From an uncultured Planctomycetota bacterium (GTDB taxonomy: Bacteria; Planctomycetota; Planctomycetia; Pirellulales; Lacipirellulaceae), in the NCBI GenBank assembly GCA_963719315.1, contig CAVRBU010000013.1:64001-128000 (forward strand): DNA of 64,000 nt, in the 5' to 3' direction. This document shows positions 53,648-64,000 of this stretch, piece by piece. The position numbers were made by a program, and so were the translations under genes. The notes below the pieces were generated by a model. It did not search any database, was not told the DNA's origin, and saw only the letters and a list, made by a program, of their open reading frames with translations. The first letter of the stretch is position 1; the number at the start of each line of letters is the position of its first letter.

Positions 53648-53866
53648 AGTAAATCGTTTAGGTGGCCGCGGTCAAAACGGAGTCAATAGTTGCCATTCAT
53701 TTGCGATTTTGCGAGCAAAGTCGTAAGCTCGATTTACTATCCGTGCCGCTCATCGGGTTGATACCTACCCTGGGTATGTACTCATGACCGACTGGACGAA
53801 GAAGCAAGGAAAAATGCGAGAAGGAGTGCTTCTTTGCCTCTCCTTTCCTTGCGTTGTGGTGAAGTT

Positions 53867-54850
53867 TTACTCGTCCGTCACCACCTGATCGTAGAACTTG
53901 ACATAGTCGTCTTTTTCTTTGCTGGCCCGAAACTGCATCGCAGCGCGGGGGTGCAAGTTCAACTGGCCCGTAATGTTGTACGGCACGAAGGGCCCCCATT
54001 CCACGGTGGATTTCAGAGGTTCGATGTGGTCCTGCAGCAAGGCGATGATCGGCCGCAACCGAAACTTCGGATTCCGCAAAAAGCCCAGCAGCAGTTCCAT
54101 GTGACAGTTGCCGGCCCCGCGGCCCAAGCCACCCATGGTGGCATCCACTCGATTTGCTCCCAGGATGATCGCTTCGATTGTGTTCGCGAACGCGAGTTGC
54201 AAGTTGTTGTGGGCATGCATCCCGATTTCTTTGCCAGTACCGGACATCGCGTTCGAGTACTTGCCGTACAACCGGTCAATCTGCTCTCGATATAAATTTC
54301 CAAAGCTATCGACAATCACCATCACCTGCGCGTGCGTTTTCGCAATTTCGGCCAGCACGGTGTCGATCTCTACCTCTTGGATGCTCGAGATGGCCATTAG
54401 ATTGGCAGTTGTTTCATAGCCGAGCTCGTGGCAGTGCTCGATCATTTCCAACGCTTCCGAAAGCTGGTGGGCATAAAATGCCACGCGAATCATATCCAGC
54501 TTGCTTTGCGCACGCGGCGCGATTTGCTCGCGCCAATCGCACTTGCCGGCGTCGGCCATGCAGGCCAGCTTAAGTCCTGTCTTGTCGGCGTCGTGGCCCT
54601 CGAATACTTTGTCCAGCACTTCCTCATCGCAGAACCGCCACGCTCCGAATTCGCTTCGCGAATGTTGTCGCGGAGAGCCCTTGTAACCGACCTCCATGTA
54701 ATCGACGCCGGCCTCGACGCAGGCTTCGTAAACGGCACGGACCAGCTTCTCGCTGAACTGGTGGTTGTTGATCAAGCCGCCGTCGCGAAGCGTGCAATCC
54801 AGCACTTTCAATTCGGGGCGATACGTAATCCAAGGGGCAGTTTCTGGCAT
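53867..54850 (-). CDS. HMGL-like (DRE-TIM) aldolase family protein
   Basis: LDCTLRDGG, VDSFG, HAHNN and GLGRGAGN motifs. Confidence 0.88.
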   Translation of the reverse strand: MPETAPWITYRPELKVLDCTLRDGGLINNHQFSEKLVRAVYEACVEAGVDYMEVGYKGSPRQHSRSEFGAWRFCDEEVLDKVFEGHDADKTGLKLACMADAGKCDWREQIAPRAQSKLDMIRVAFYAHQLSEALEMIEHCHELGYETTANLMAISSIQEVEIDTVLAEIAKTHAQVMVIVDSFGNLYREQIDRLYGKYSNAMSGTGKEIGMHAHNNLQLAFANTIEAIILGANRVDATMGGLGRGAGNCHMELLLGFLRNPKFRLRPIIALLQDHIEPLKSTVEWGPFVPYNITGQLNLHPRAAMQFRASKEKDDYVKFYDQVVTDE

Positions 54851-55062
54851 GTTGGCGACCTTCAAACACTCTGAATTGATAACAGGGATGCAGCTATAGC
54901 ATCGTTGTAAAAGGATAGCATAGTCGTGGGGAAGGCGTCTCGCTCGGCAAGACGCAATTTCCGGTCGCAGAGCGAGTGGATTTCACTTACGCGGCTTGCC
55001 ATGATCGGGTCATTGGGTCATCCTGAAGGAGCGAGATTTCCCCGAAACTTAAGCACTTCACC

Positions 55063-56364
55063 ATGACCAATTCTGTTTCATTCGGACGTGGACTCTGCCG
55101 GATTAGCTTCTTTGCTATTCTCGCGTATCTGATTGGCGTCAGCGCAGCTAACGCCAGCGAGCCTCTGGCCACTGCCGGCAAGAAGGGCATTGTCGCCGAG
55201 GCACCGAAAACTGGCCGATCGATCAAAATAGACGGCGGCTACATGATTCCGTACACGGAAAAAATTCCGGGAACAGAAGTCTCTTTTGAAATGATCCCCA
55301 TTCCCAGCGGCGAGTTTCTCCTGGGCAGCCCGGCCAGCGAAGCCGACCGCAACGAGGACGAAGGCCCACAAGTCCGCGTGAAGGTCGAGCCTTTTTGGAT
55401 CGGCAAGTGCGAGGTCACCTGGGGCGAGTATCGCTCGTTTATGGCCATGTACGATGCTTTCAAGAAGATGCAACGCATCGCAGCGAACGCTGTCACTGAG
55501 GCAGGCGAGCCCGCCGACAAAGACTTGCGGCTCGTCCGAACGCATGCTTGGAACGATAAGCTGGCAACCGATTGGAACGTTGATGCCGTGACATCGCCGA
55601 CGCCGTTGTACGATTCGTCGTTCACGTACGGCGTCGGTGAGCAGCCGACACAGCCCGCCGTCACGATTACGTCGTATGCCGCCCGGCAATATACGAAGTG
55701 GCTCAGCGGCATCCTCGGCCAGAACTATCGGTTGCCGAGCGAGGCGGAGTGGGAGTATGCCGCCCGGGCCGGCACAACGACGCCTTGGTCGTTCGGCGAC
55801 GACTCCGGCGAATTGGAGAAATACGCCTGGATCGAAAGCAACGGCGATTACCAGACGCATCCGGTCGGCACGAAACAGCCCAACCCGTGGGACCTGTACG
55901 ATATGCACGGCAACGTCGCCGAATGGACGCTTGATCAATACTATCCGGACGCTTACGCGAAGCTTGGCGTGGGTCCCGTCGATGCAAGGGCAGCGGTCCG
56001 CTGGCCGACAAAGCTCTTTCCGCGCGTGATTCGCGGCGGAAGCTGGCTGGAGCCCGCTGCCATGAGTCGCAGCGCCGCGCGGCAGAAATCGGAAGATCGG
56101 GAATGGAAGCTATCCGACCCGAACATCCCGTTAAGCCCGTGGTGGTTCACCGAAGAACCGGCGACCGCTGTCGGCATGCGCGTCATGCGTCCACTCAAAC
56201 CTCTCACGGCCGAAGAAAAGAAGCGCGCGTGGGAAGCCGACATTGACGATGTGCGACAGGACGTGAAGGATCGTCTACGCGAAGGTCGGGGCGCGCTTGG
56301 CGTGGCTGATGAGAGTCTTCCCGCGGCGGTCGAAGCGGCCGAGAAGCTTAACAAAGGTTCCTAG
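55063..56364 (+). CDS. Secreted FGE-sulfatase (SUMF1) domain protein
   Basis: Signal peptide; RLPSEAEWEYAARAG, NPWDLYDMHGNVAEW and RGGSW motifs. Confidence 0.9.
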   Translation: MTNSVSFGRGLCRISFFAILAYLIGVSAANASEPLATAGKKGIVAEAPKTGRSIKIDGGYMIPYTEKIPGTEVSFEMIPIPSGEFLLGSPASEADRNEDEGPQVRVKVEPFWIGKCEVTWGEYRSFMAMYDAFKKMQRIAANAVTEAGEPADKDLRLVRTHAWNDKLATDWNVDAVTSPTPLYDSSFTYGVGEQPTQPAVTITSYAARQYTKWLSGILGQNYRLPSEAEWEYAARAGTTTPWSFGDDSGELEKYAWIESNGDYQTHPVGTKQPNPWDLYDMHGNVAEWTLDQYYPDAYAKLGVGPVDARAAVRWPTKLFPRVIRGGSWLEPAAMSRSAARQKSEDREWKLSDPNIPLSPWWFTEEPATAVGMRVMRPLKPLTAEEKKRAWEADIDDVRQDVKDRLREGRGALGVADESLPAAVEAAEKLNKGS

Positions 56365-56504
56365 CCATTCTGTTGACAAAGCGCGTTGTCCGACAATTTG
56401 GCCTGCCTGCATTCTTTCGCCAGTTTGAGACGAGTTGCGTACAATACTAGCGGTTCGTAGCGCTTTGTTCGTCATTCGTATGTTAAATCTTGATCGAGGA
56501 GCCG

Positions 56505-56885
56505 ATGGCCGAGAATGGAACTCCGCCGATAAGAATCGCCGTAGCCGAAGACGAGCCCGACGTTCGCAAAACATTTGTGCGCCTGCTTGAGTGCATGGGC
56601 CACAAGGTTGTTTGTGCGGTTGGCAACGGTCAGGAATTGATCAACCAATGCGGGCAGATCGAGGTCGATATCGCGTTCGTTGATCTCGATATGCCGGTCG
56701 TAGATGGTCTGGCCGCCGCCGAGGCCGTGTCGGAGAAGGGAATTCCCGTCATCCTGGTTTCTGGCCATCCCGACGCGCGACAAGTCGTGGTGGAGAACGA
56801 GCCGGTAGTCGCCCGGATAGCGAAGCCCGCCACGGTTGATGAGTTGCAGCGCGCCATCAAGAAAGCGCTCCCGAGCAGAATTTAA
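56505..56885 (+). CDS. Single-domain response regulator
   Basis: VAEDE, DLDMPVVDG and KP motifs. Confidence 0.88.
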   Translation: MAENGTPPIRIAVAEDEPDVRKTFVRLLECMGHKVVCAVGNGQELINQCGQIEVDIAFVDLDMPVVDGLAAAEAVSEKGIPVILVSGHPDARQVVVENEPVVARIAKPATVDELQRAIKKALPSRI

Positions 56886-57443
56886 ATGAAATGACCGCAA
56901 GCGAGATCGGCCCTGCTTGGTAGTCTTTCGGTACGCATCGCGGTGATGGCCAGCAGAATCGGGCGGTAAGTGCGTTCGAGCATTCTGCGTTCCGCGGTTG
57001 TGTCGTAGCTATTCGGCGAGTCAAATAATCTATTGCGCCGTCTTCGCTAGCCCGGGCATTTCATTGCGAGGCGCTCTTTCCCGATCACGAAGGCAGCGTG
57101 CGAGTGCCGGAAGCGCCTGGTCTGGGAGTCACGCCGGAGTTGGATAAGATTCGGCCCTATTTGAAGAGTGTAGAGATAAAAGTCGAAGGCCGAGTGGTGT
57201 TTAGGTCCTCGGAGCTATGAATTCACTATGCCGAAGACAACCCAAATAAAGTTGATGTCCGACCGACGACTTTTTCTGCTATCTGATTGGCGCCGTGTAA
57301 ACCGGTGCCAACCATGTTGTTCCCAGCATGCACGAATGGTAGCGAGTCATGAAAACTTGTTGTCTGCCGTACATCGTGTTCGTAGCGTTGTTGCTCGCCG
57401 GCACTGCCAAGGCGGCCGTTCGGGCCGGTAAGTGATCGAATCC

Positions 57444-57833
57444 ATGTTGAGTGTTCTTGCCATGCCCGATCACACCTGGCCGGACGGGATCGATCTGGCC
57501 GCGACCGCTCTATATCTCGGGCTGGTGTTGGGGATCGTCGTCGCGGGCTACACCTGCATGGTGCTCGACTTCCGCGTGTATCTGCGCTCGCTACGCCGGG
57601 CCCTCGTGCTGATCAGTCAATATCGGGTTGAACTGCCGGCGTGGGTCTATCGCGACACGCCGCGGTGCATTCAGGCATTGGGGCTGACGTTGCCATGCAC
57701 GACGGATGAGGTGCTGACCGCGTATCGCCGGAAAGTGAAAGTGCTCCACCCAGACCGCGGCGGCGACCGCCGGCAATTCCTGCGCTTGCAGCAACATTTC
57801 GAGCAGGCGATGGCGCTGGTGGCCAAGGAGTAG
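57444..57833 (+). CDS. Membrane-anchored J-domain protein
   Basis: TM helix followed by AYRRKVKVLHPDRGG. Confidence 0.8.
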   Translation: MLSVLAMPDHTWPDGIDLAATALYLGLVLGIVVAGYTCMVLDFRVYLRSLRRALVLISQYRVELPAWVYRDTPRCIQALGLTLPCTTDEVLTAYRRKVKVLHPDRGGDRRQFLRLQQHFEQAMALVAKE

Positions 57834-57935
57834 GAATTGCCGAACCAGCCGCGCGGACGGGGAACGAGCGACCTGCTTTCGACAGTCGGGCGCCGTTCCG
57901 TGCAAAAATATTCGCGGTTCTCTCGAGCGGCGTGC

Positions 57936-58437
57936 AGTTTTGCGCGAAGCGCTTTGCGCACTGGAAGTCGCAAGTCGTTGGGCGGCAAGAGAGTACGATT
58001 GTGCGGACGCGTGGAAATTTTTTTTCGCGTGCAAAAGTCCTCCTTTTTGCGCAGCGCGCGGGCGGTGAACTGCTGGAAATCCAGTGGTTGGAGCGTGCTC
58101 GGGACGTGCAATACTAGGCGAGTTTGCTCTCTAAAATGCCGTTTTCTGGCAGGATTTAGCGGTTCGCCAGAGCGGTCGAGCCCCTAAAACGACGCGATTT
58201 TCGCGGCGTTTTGCGCTGTTCCGGCCCTTCGGCCAGCTTTGGGCAAAAAGGGGCGGGCGGGCGGGAGACTGTTTTTTTCCGCCGATGAACGCAGATGCGC
58301 AGATTCCAACGCGCGGCAAGGGTACCGCCATCGTGTCAGGCACAGCCTGCCCTACTTGATTTTCAATGAGCGAACGCCGTCGCTATGCAGCGTGGCAGGA
58401 CTTTACCATTTTCACGCCTGCGATTCCACACTTTTTA
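57936..58437 (-). repeat. Long non-coding dispersed element, copy 2
   Basis: Colinear match to 29001-29470. Confidence 0.75.
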
Positions 58438-58596
58438 TTGGCCACCTACAGATTCATCCGATTCGTTCTGAAGTCGGTCATTTGCGGGGCTGCTGGCAGG
58501 GGCTGCGCCCTTTTTTGTGCCACTGCGGCCAAGGTGCTGAACCTGGAATCGCTGCTGCTACGCCGCGGTACGCCGCAAATCGAAAATAGTTCTGAC

Positions 58597-59590
58597 CTGC
58601 TCAGTAGAAAACCTAGGTGTTGTCTGAGAATCGAGATGTTGTGAGTGAGTGTTTTGAGGAGCAGGAGTCGGCAGCGGCGCCAGTGGGTGCGGGCGTTGAC
58701 GACTTCTCCCGAGAGACGTTTGATCATCGAGTAGACGGTTTCCACCTGCCAACGTTGTCCATAACGACTTTCGTGCAAATGACGTTTCATCTGCTTTCGA
58801 TAGCGGCCCACGGGTTCCCCGGCCGGCGGTCGGCCGTGCTCGGCGGGGATCAGGGACTGAATCCCCAGTTCGTCGCGGGCCAACACGTGGTTGGCTTCGC
58901 TGTCGAAGCCGGCGTCCGCCGCGACCGCCTTCACTCCGGTGCGAGCCTGCGCTTCGACGACGAGCGGGCGGAAATCGCCGAAGTCGGGCCGCGGTCCCTG
59001 GCTAGCCCGGGCCGCCAGGCAGAAATGACTCGTCGTGTCGCAGACCACGCCCAGCTTGGGGTAGCGGCGATAGGAGACGGCGCACGTTCGTCCGTGTTTT
59101 CCCACCTTTTTTCGACGCCAGGCATAGTAGCGACTGGTGTGCCGCGCTTCGAAGCCGCTGGTGTCGATGGCTGCCAATCGCACGGAGCGGCGGAGCAGCT
59201 TGGCCTTCCGTGCCCGCTGGACCGTGGCCGTGATCAGCCGTTGAAACGACTTCTTCACCAACAACCGATCGGCCGACTTTTGCAGCGTCGTGAAGTGGGG
59301 CACCTTTTCCAGGCCGATCGCTTCGCACAGCGAATCGCTGTCCGCCAACAGGCCAACGGTGCCCCGATAGGTCAGGTTGTAAAAATCCTTGAGCACCAGA
59401 CAGGCAAACAGTTGATGCTGCGTGAAGACCCGTGGGCTGAACCGATGCGAGTACCGCGGCAGCGAAGCCTGGGCCACGGCCAGTGCCTCGACCAACACGC
59501 GCTTCGGACTCTTGCTCGTCTTCATCCACCGTCATACGAACCAACACACACCGATGTTTAGCTAGCATTCAGACGTTTTCTACTGAGCAG
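58597..59590 (-). mobile_element. IS5-family-like insertion sequence, copy 1 (994 bp)
   Basis: TIR CTGCTCAGTAGAAAAC; 7-bp direct repeat TTCTGAC on both sides; DDE transposase ORF 58446-59525. Confidence 0.92.
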
Positions 59591-59602
59591 TTCTGACCCC
59601 TT

Positions 59603-60152
59603 TTCTGTCCTGACGCTGGTGACGACGTTGTTGGATGCCGAGCTTTATCCGCTGGAGGAGCTGGCAGCCCTCTATGGGCGGCGTTGTTCTGTCCTGACGC
59701 TGGTGACGACGTTGTTGGATGCCGAGCTTTATCCGCTGGAGGAGCTGGCAGCCCTCTATGGGCGGCGTTGGGAAGTGGAAACCAACTTCGCGCATCTCAA
59801 GACCACGATGCGGATGGACGTTTTGCACTGCCAGACGGTCCAGGGCGTGTTGAAAGAATTCATCATGTTCGCGCTGGTCTATAATCTGGCGCGGCTGGTG
59901 ATGTTAGCCGCGGCCAGGGAACAACATGTTCCCCCTGGGCGTCTCAGCTTCGTCGACGCCTTGCGTTGGCTGGCTGCGGCATGCGAGCATCAAACGGAGT
60001 TGGAACTACTCGTCAATCCCCACCGCCCCGGTCGCTTCGAACCTCGCGTCAAGAAGCGCCGCCCCAAACAATACGGCCTCATGAGACAACCACGATGCCA
60101 GCTTCGTCAACAACTTGCCACGCAAAAACTTCCAGCTTAAGTTGATGCCATT
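59603..60152 (+). pseudogene. 3' fragment of an IS4-family transposase with 84-bp tandem duplication
   Basis: LVTTLLD..LYGRRWEVETNFAHLK and EPRVKKRRPK; IS4-like end TTAAGTTGATGCCATT. Confidence 0.82.
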
Positions 60153-60162
60153 CCGTTCTGAC

Positions 60163-61156
60163 CTGCTCAGTAGAAAACGTCTGAATGCTAGCTAAACATC
60201 GGTGTGTGTTGGTTCGTATGACGGTGGATGAAGACGAGCAAGAGTCCGAAGCGCGTGTTGGTCGAGGCACTGGCCGTGGCCCAGGCTTCGCTGCCGCGGT
60301 ACTCGCATCGGTTCAGCCCACGGGTCTTCACGCAGCATCAACTGTTTGCCTGTCTGGTGCTCAAGGATTTTTACAACCTGACCTATCGGGGCACCGTTGG
60401 CCTGTTGGCGGACAGCGATTCGCTGTGCGAAGCGATCGGCCTGGAAAAGGTGCCCCACTTCACGACGCTGCAAAAGTCGGCCGATCGGTTGTTGGTGAAG
60501 AAGTCGTTTCAACGGCTGATCACGGCCACGGTCCAGCGGGCACGGAAGGCCAAGCTGCTCCGCCGCTCCGTGCGATTGGCAGCCATCGACACCAGCGGCT
60601 TCGAAGCGCGGCACACCAGTCGCTACTATGCCTGGCGTCGAAAAAAGGTGGGAAAACACGGACGAACGTGCGCCGTCTCCTATCGCCGCTACCCCAAGCT
60701 GGGCGTGGTCTGCGACACGACGAGTCATTTCTGCCTGGCGGCCCGGGCTAGCCAGGGACCGCGGCCCGACTTCGGCGATTTCCGCCCGCTCGTCGTCGAA
60801 GCGCAGGCTCGCACCGGAGTGAAGGCGGTCGCGGCGGACGCCGGCTTCGACAGCGAAGCCAACCACGTGTTGGCCCGCGACGAACTGGGGATTCAGTCCC
60901 TGATCCCCGCCGAGCACGGCCGACCGCCGGCCGGGGAACCCGTGGGCCGCTATCGAAAGCAGATGAAACGTCATTTGCACGAAAGTCGTTATGGACAACG
61001 TTGGCAGGTGGAAACCGTCTACTCGATGATCAAACGTCTCTCGGGAGAAGTCGTCAACGCCCGCACCCACTGGCGCCGCTGCCGACTCCTGCTCCTCAAA
61101 ACACTCACTCACAACATCTCGATTCTCAGACAACACCTAGGTTTTCTACTGAGCAG
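60163..61156 (+). mobile_element. IS5-family-like insertion sequence, copy 2 (inverted relative to copy 1)
   Basis: Same TIRs; transposase 60228-61172 with AIDTSG, ADAGFDSE and YGQRWQVE; translation identical to copy 1 within the element. Confidence 0.92.
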
Positions 61157-61437
61157 GTCGGACCCGTTTTAATCCTCTGCGCACTGCCGCTGCCGAAGCC
61201 CTGAAAAGCGCCTTGTCGGCAATGGCTCCAGCCTTGGGAACTCAGAAACCGGAGCCGAGCGCGAGAAATTGGAGAAAAAATCACTGGACGCTAGTCGCGG
61301 GAGGGGCACGTCGCTACACTGACAGCAATTTCGAATCTGGATCGGTTCCCCGCTCAGTCCATAGGGGAAAGTCCGCTATCAGTAATCGCGGCGGGCCAGG
61401 GCATCGACAATTCTATTGCTTTTGACAATCGACGCGA

Positions 61438-63077
61438 TTGACGGAGCTTAGCAAGAGGAGTGTCCAATTCGGTGGTACGAGGGATCGCAAGCCTCGCTTT
61501 GAATGGCTGGAGGATCGCAGGCTCTTGGCGACGTTCCAGGGTCTCGGTGATCTTCCAGGCGGCGCCTTTTATAGTACAGCAGCTGCCGTGTCGGCGGACG
61601 GCTCGACTGTCCTGGGCTACAGCCTTTCTTCTAGCAGCTATGAGGCGTTTCGCTGGAACGCGGCGGACGGCATGGTCGGTCTCGGTTATCTGACCAGTAC
61701 GGACAGAGGTTTGGATGTTTCGGACGACGGCTCAACTATAGTTGGGGCGAGAATAACCATGACCGTTTTCGGGGACGAGGCAGTCCGGTGGACGACAGAG
61801 GGTGGCATTACGTCCGTTTGGCAGCTACTCGTCAACAACGGATTTGATATGACGGATTGGCCACGATTAGTACAAGCAAATGGTGTCTCTAACGATGGCA
61901 ACGTCATAGTTGGAACAGGGGTATCGTCAAATTCACCGGAAGCATACCGCATGACGGAAATGGGAGGCATAGTTGGTCTCGGGGAGCTAGCGGGCGGGCT
62001 GGTTGGGAGCTATGCCCTCGCAGTGTCGGCCGATGGATCAACTGTCGTTGGGTATTCATATTCATCCGAAAGGGTGGTTGGGTTTAACTCATACGAGGCG
62101 TTCCGCTGGACGGCAGACAGCGGCATGGCAGGTTTAGGAATTCTCCCAGGTGGTTATTTAAGCCGAGCTACGGCGGTCTCCGCCGATGGATCAATCGTCG
62201 TAGGTCAATCAGAGTCAGGTTCACCGGAATCCGGACGCGTGGGGCTGGCCTTCCGCTGGACGGAAGATGAGGGGATTGTCAGTCTCGGCGATTTACCGGG
62301 TGGGTCTACGTCTAGCTATGCGTCTGACATCTCGGACGATGGGACAGTCGTAGTCGGGTCTTCGGATTCGGGAAGCGCCTTTGGGGCAGAGGCTTTTCGC
62401 TGGACGCCAGGTAAAGGAATGGAGTCAGTGCGACAGCTCCTAATTGACTCTGGGGTTGATTTGACGGGCTGGCACCTAAGTGGTGCTCATGGCGTCTCTG
62501 CCGATGGTCGCGTGATCGTGGGAGATGGCATTAACCCCAACGGTCAGTATGAAGCATGGCGAGCGGTTCTGGACGAAGTTGTTGGCCTTGCCTGGGACGA
62601 AGATGTACCTCGTGCCTACTCGACGAAGACCGATGAAACAGGCAATGTCGACACGTTTGTCAGTGCTGGCACGACTGCGGCGGGGTACGTTGACGAAGCG
62701 ACGAGGATGGAAATCCGTCAGCGACTAGCAGGCATTTATCTCGATGCGGGCATCGAACACATTTCATTTGTTGACGGATTCGTGGAAGGTGCGACCAATA
62801 TCTATTTTGCTGATCAATTGCCGGGCAGCAATCTGCTAGGTGATGCCTTTACGGAAATCGACCAATACAATAAACGACATGATGATGGCGTCGTCGTGTT
62901 TCTCACGGGAAGTACGGATGCGGCGGTAGTGAGCGCAGCCCACGAACTCGGTCACGCCTTCGGACTCCGCCATGTGAATCCGGGGCCAGAATGGGATCCC
63001 GGAGATATTGAAGTGATGGATTACCATATTTCCACCGGGGTCGATGAGACCTTTATCAATGCCACTACGGAGATTAA
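61438..63077 (+). pseudogene. Planctomycete extracellular protein (LEDRRLLA motif, HAF-like repeats, zinc-peptidase motif) interrupted by an IS
   Basis: RFEWLEDRRLLA, repeated GLGDLPGG..AVSADGS..EAFRW, HELGHAFGLRH..VM; the frame runs into the IS TIR. Confidence 0.8.
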
Positions 63078-63995
63078 GGACCTATCCCAAAATACGTGAA
63101 CGGGTGTTATTTCCGTGCGTAGGAAAAGGTGAGGAATGGTTTCCGTTCGAATCTCGTCTTTGCTTGCACGGAGGTGTACATGCACTGCGATTGGCAGGGC
63201 AAATTTGCTTGGATGCCCGAAAAGCTTTGGCGGCAGCTTGAACCCTTGCTGCCGAAGTATCCGCGATCCACGAAGGTTGGGCGACCCCGCGCGAATCTGC
63301 GCCGTTGCCAGCGGCATTCTTTATCTGTTGCGCACCGGCTGCCAGTGGAAGGCGCTGCCGCCACAATTTGGCAGCCCCAGTACCGTTCATCGCTATTTCC
63401 AAGAGTGGACTCGCCTGGGTATTTGGCAACGGTTTTGGAAACGGGCGCTGGGGAAGTACGATCAGAAGCGCGGCATCGCTTGGCGCTGGCAGTCGGTGGA
63501 CGGCGCGACAACTAAGTCGCCGCTGGGAGGGGAAAAAAACCGGGAAAAACCCCACCGATCGAGGTAAGCTCGGAGTCAAGCGATCGGTCTTGACCGACGC
63601 CCGCGGCGTTCCTCTGGGCGTCGCGATTGACGGCGCCAATGCTCACGACCAACGTCTTCTGCGCGACACGCTTCGCTCCATCCCGATTCGACGACCCAGC
63701 CGTCGGCGCAAGCAGCACCTGTGTCTCGACAAGGGATACTTTGGCGAACCGTCGACAGCTACGGCGAATCGTTTCGGGTACGTGCCTCACATCCGCTGCC
63801 GTGGCGAGGAGCAGCGTCGCTGTCGCGCCGGCCACAAAGCTCGACGCTGGGTTGTCGAAGCCGCGCATTCTTGGACCAACCGCGCCCGCAGGCTCCTGAT
63901 CCGTTGGGAAAAGAAGGCGGCTAACTATCTTGGGTTCGTTCATCTACAATTCGCCCTCATCGCCTTAAGGCGATGTGGAATTTTGGGATAGGTCC
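63078..63995 (+). mobile_element. IS5-family element (IS1031/IS427-like), frameshifted transposase
   Basis: TIRs GGACCTATCCCAAAAT / ATTTTGGGATAGGTCC; TAA duplication; LRTGCQW, LDKGY and RWVVE motifs; GGGGAAAAAAAC slippery site near 63530. Confidence 0.9.
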
Positions 63996-64000
63996 TAAGT

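Noticed and set aside
57591..58343. ORFs within the long repeat
   Set aside because: Frames are broken by stops or indels in the other copy, although one homopolymer difference could be an error.
29001..58437. The two long repeats as attL/attR of a 29-kb island
   Set aside because: The interval contains core genes (rpmF, fabD, fabG) and no integrase, and the copies are clearly diverged.
58617..61136. 314-aa antisense ORFs inside both IS copies
   Set aside because: Antisense to the transposase; their identity only reflects IS duplication.

Overview
Chromosomal window from a GC-rich planctomycete, probably Pirellulales. The evidence is DUF1559, PEP-CTERM/dockerin-like and LEDRRLLA-type exported proteins plus many heptamer and REP-like intergenic repeats. 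1-28.8 kb is mostly housekeeping: clpC, thiE, manC-like, ruvX, mrp, lpxB, metK, ispF, cysS, ruvCAB and several hydrolases. 29-37.5 kb is accessory and holds an AT-richer, defence-like cassette: a DUF104 antitoxin, a Lit/U49-like HExxH protease whose N-terminus looks like a PIN-toxin remnant, and a convergent Ser/Thr kinase-TPR gene split by one amber codon. Next come a circularly permuted ATP-grasp/alpha-E/transglutaminase operon with a NagD-like HAD, PEP-CTERM and DUF1559 genes, rpmF-fabD-fabG, a sigma54 two-component pair, and an IS cluster at 58.6-64 kb. Unexplained structure includes two diverged copies of a ~470-500 bp non-coding element with a conserved promoter-like and boxA-like motif, two MITE-like families, a REP doublet translated in frame inside ruvC, a REP-targeting IS5-family element, and a 36-aa Lys-rich histone-like peptide missed by the ORF track. 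Several single frameshifts, including one in cysS, suggest indel sequencing errors. All calls come from motif recognition by eye; no searches were run.
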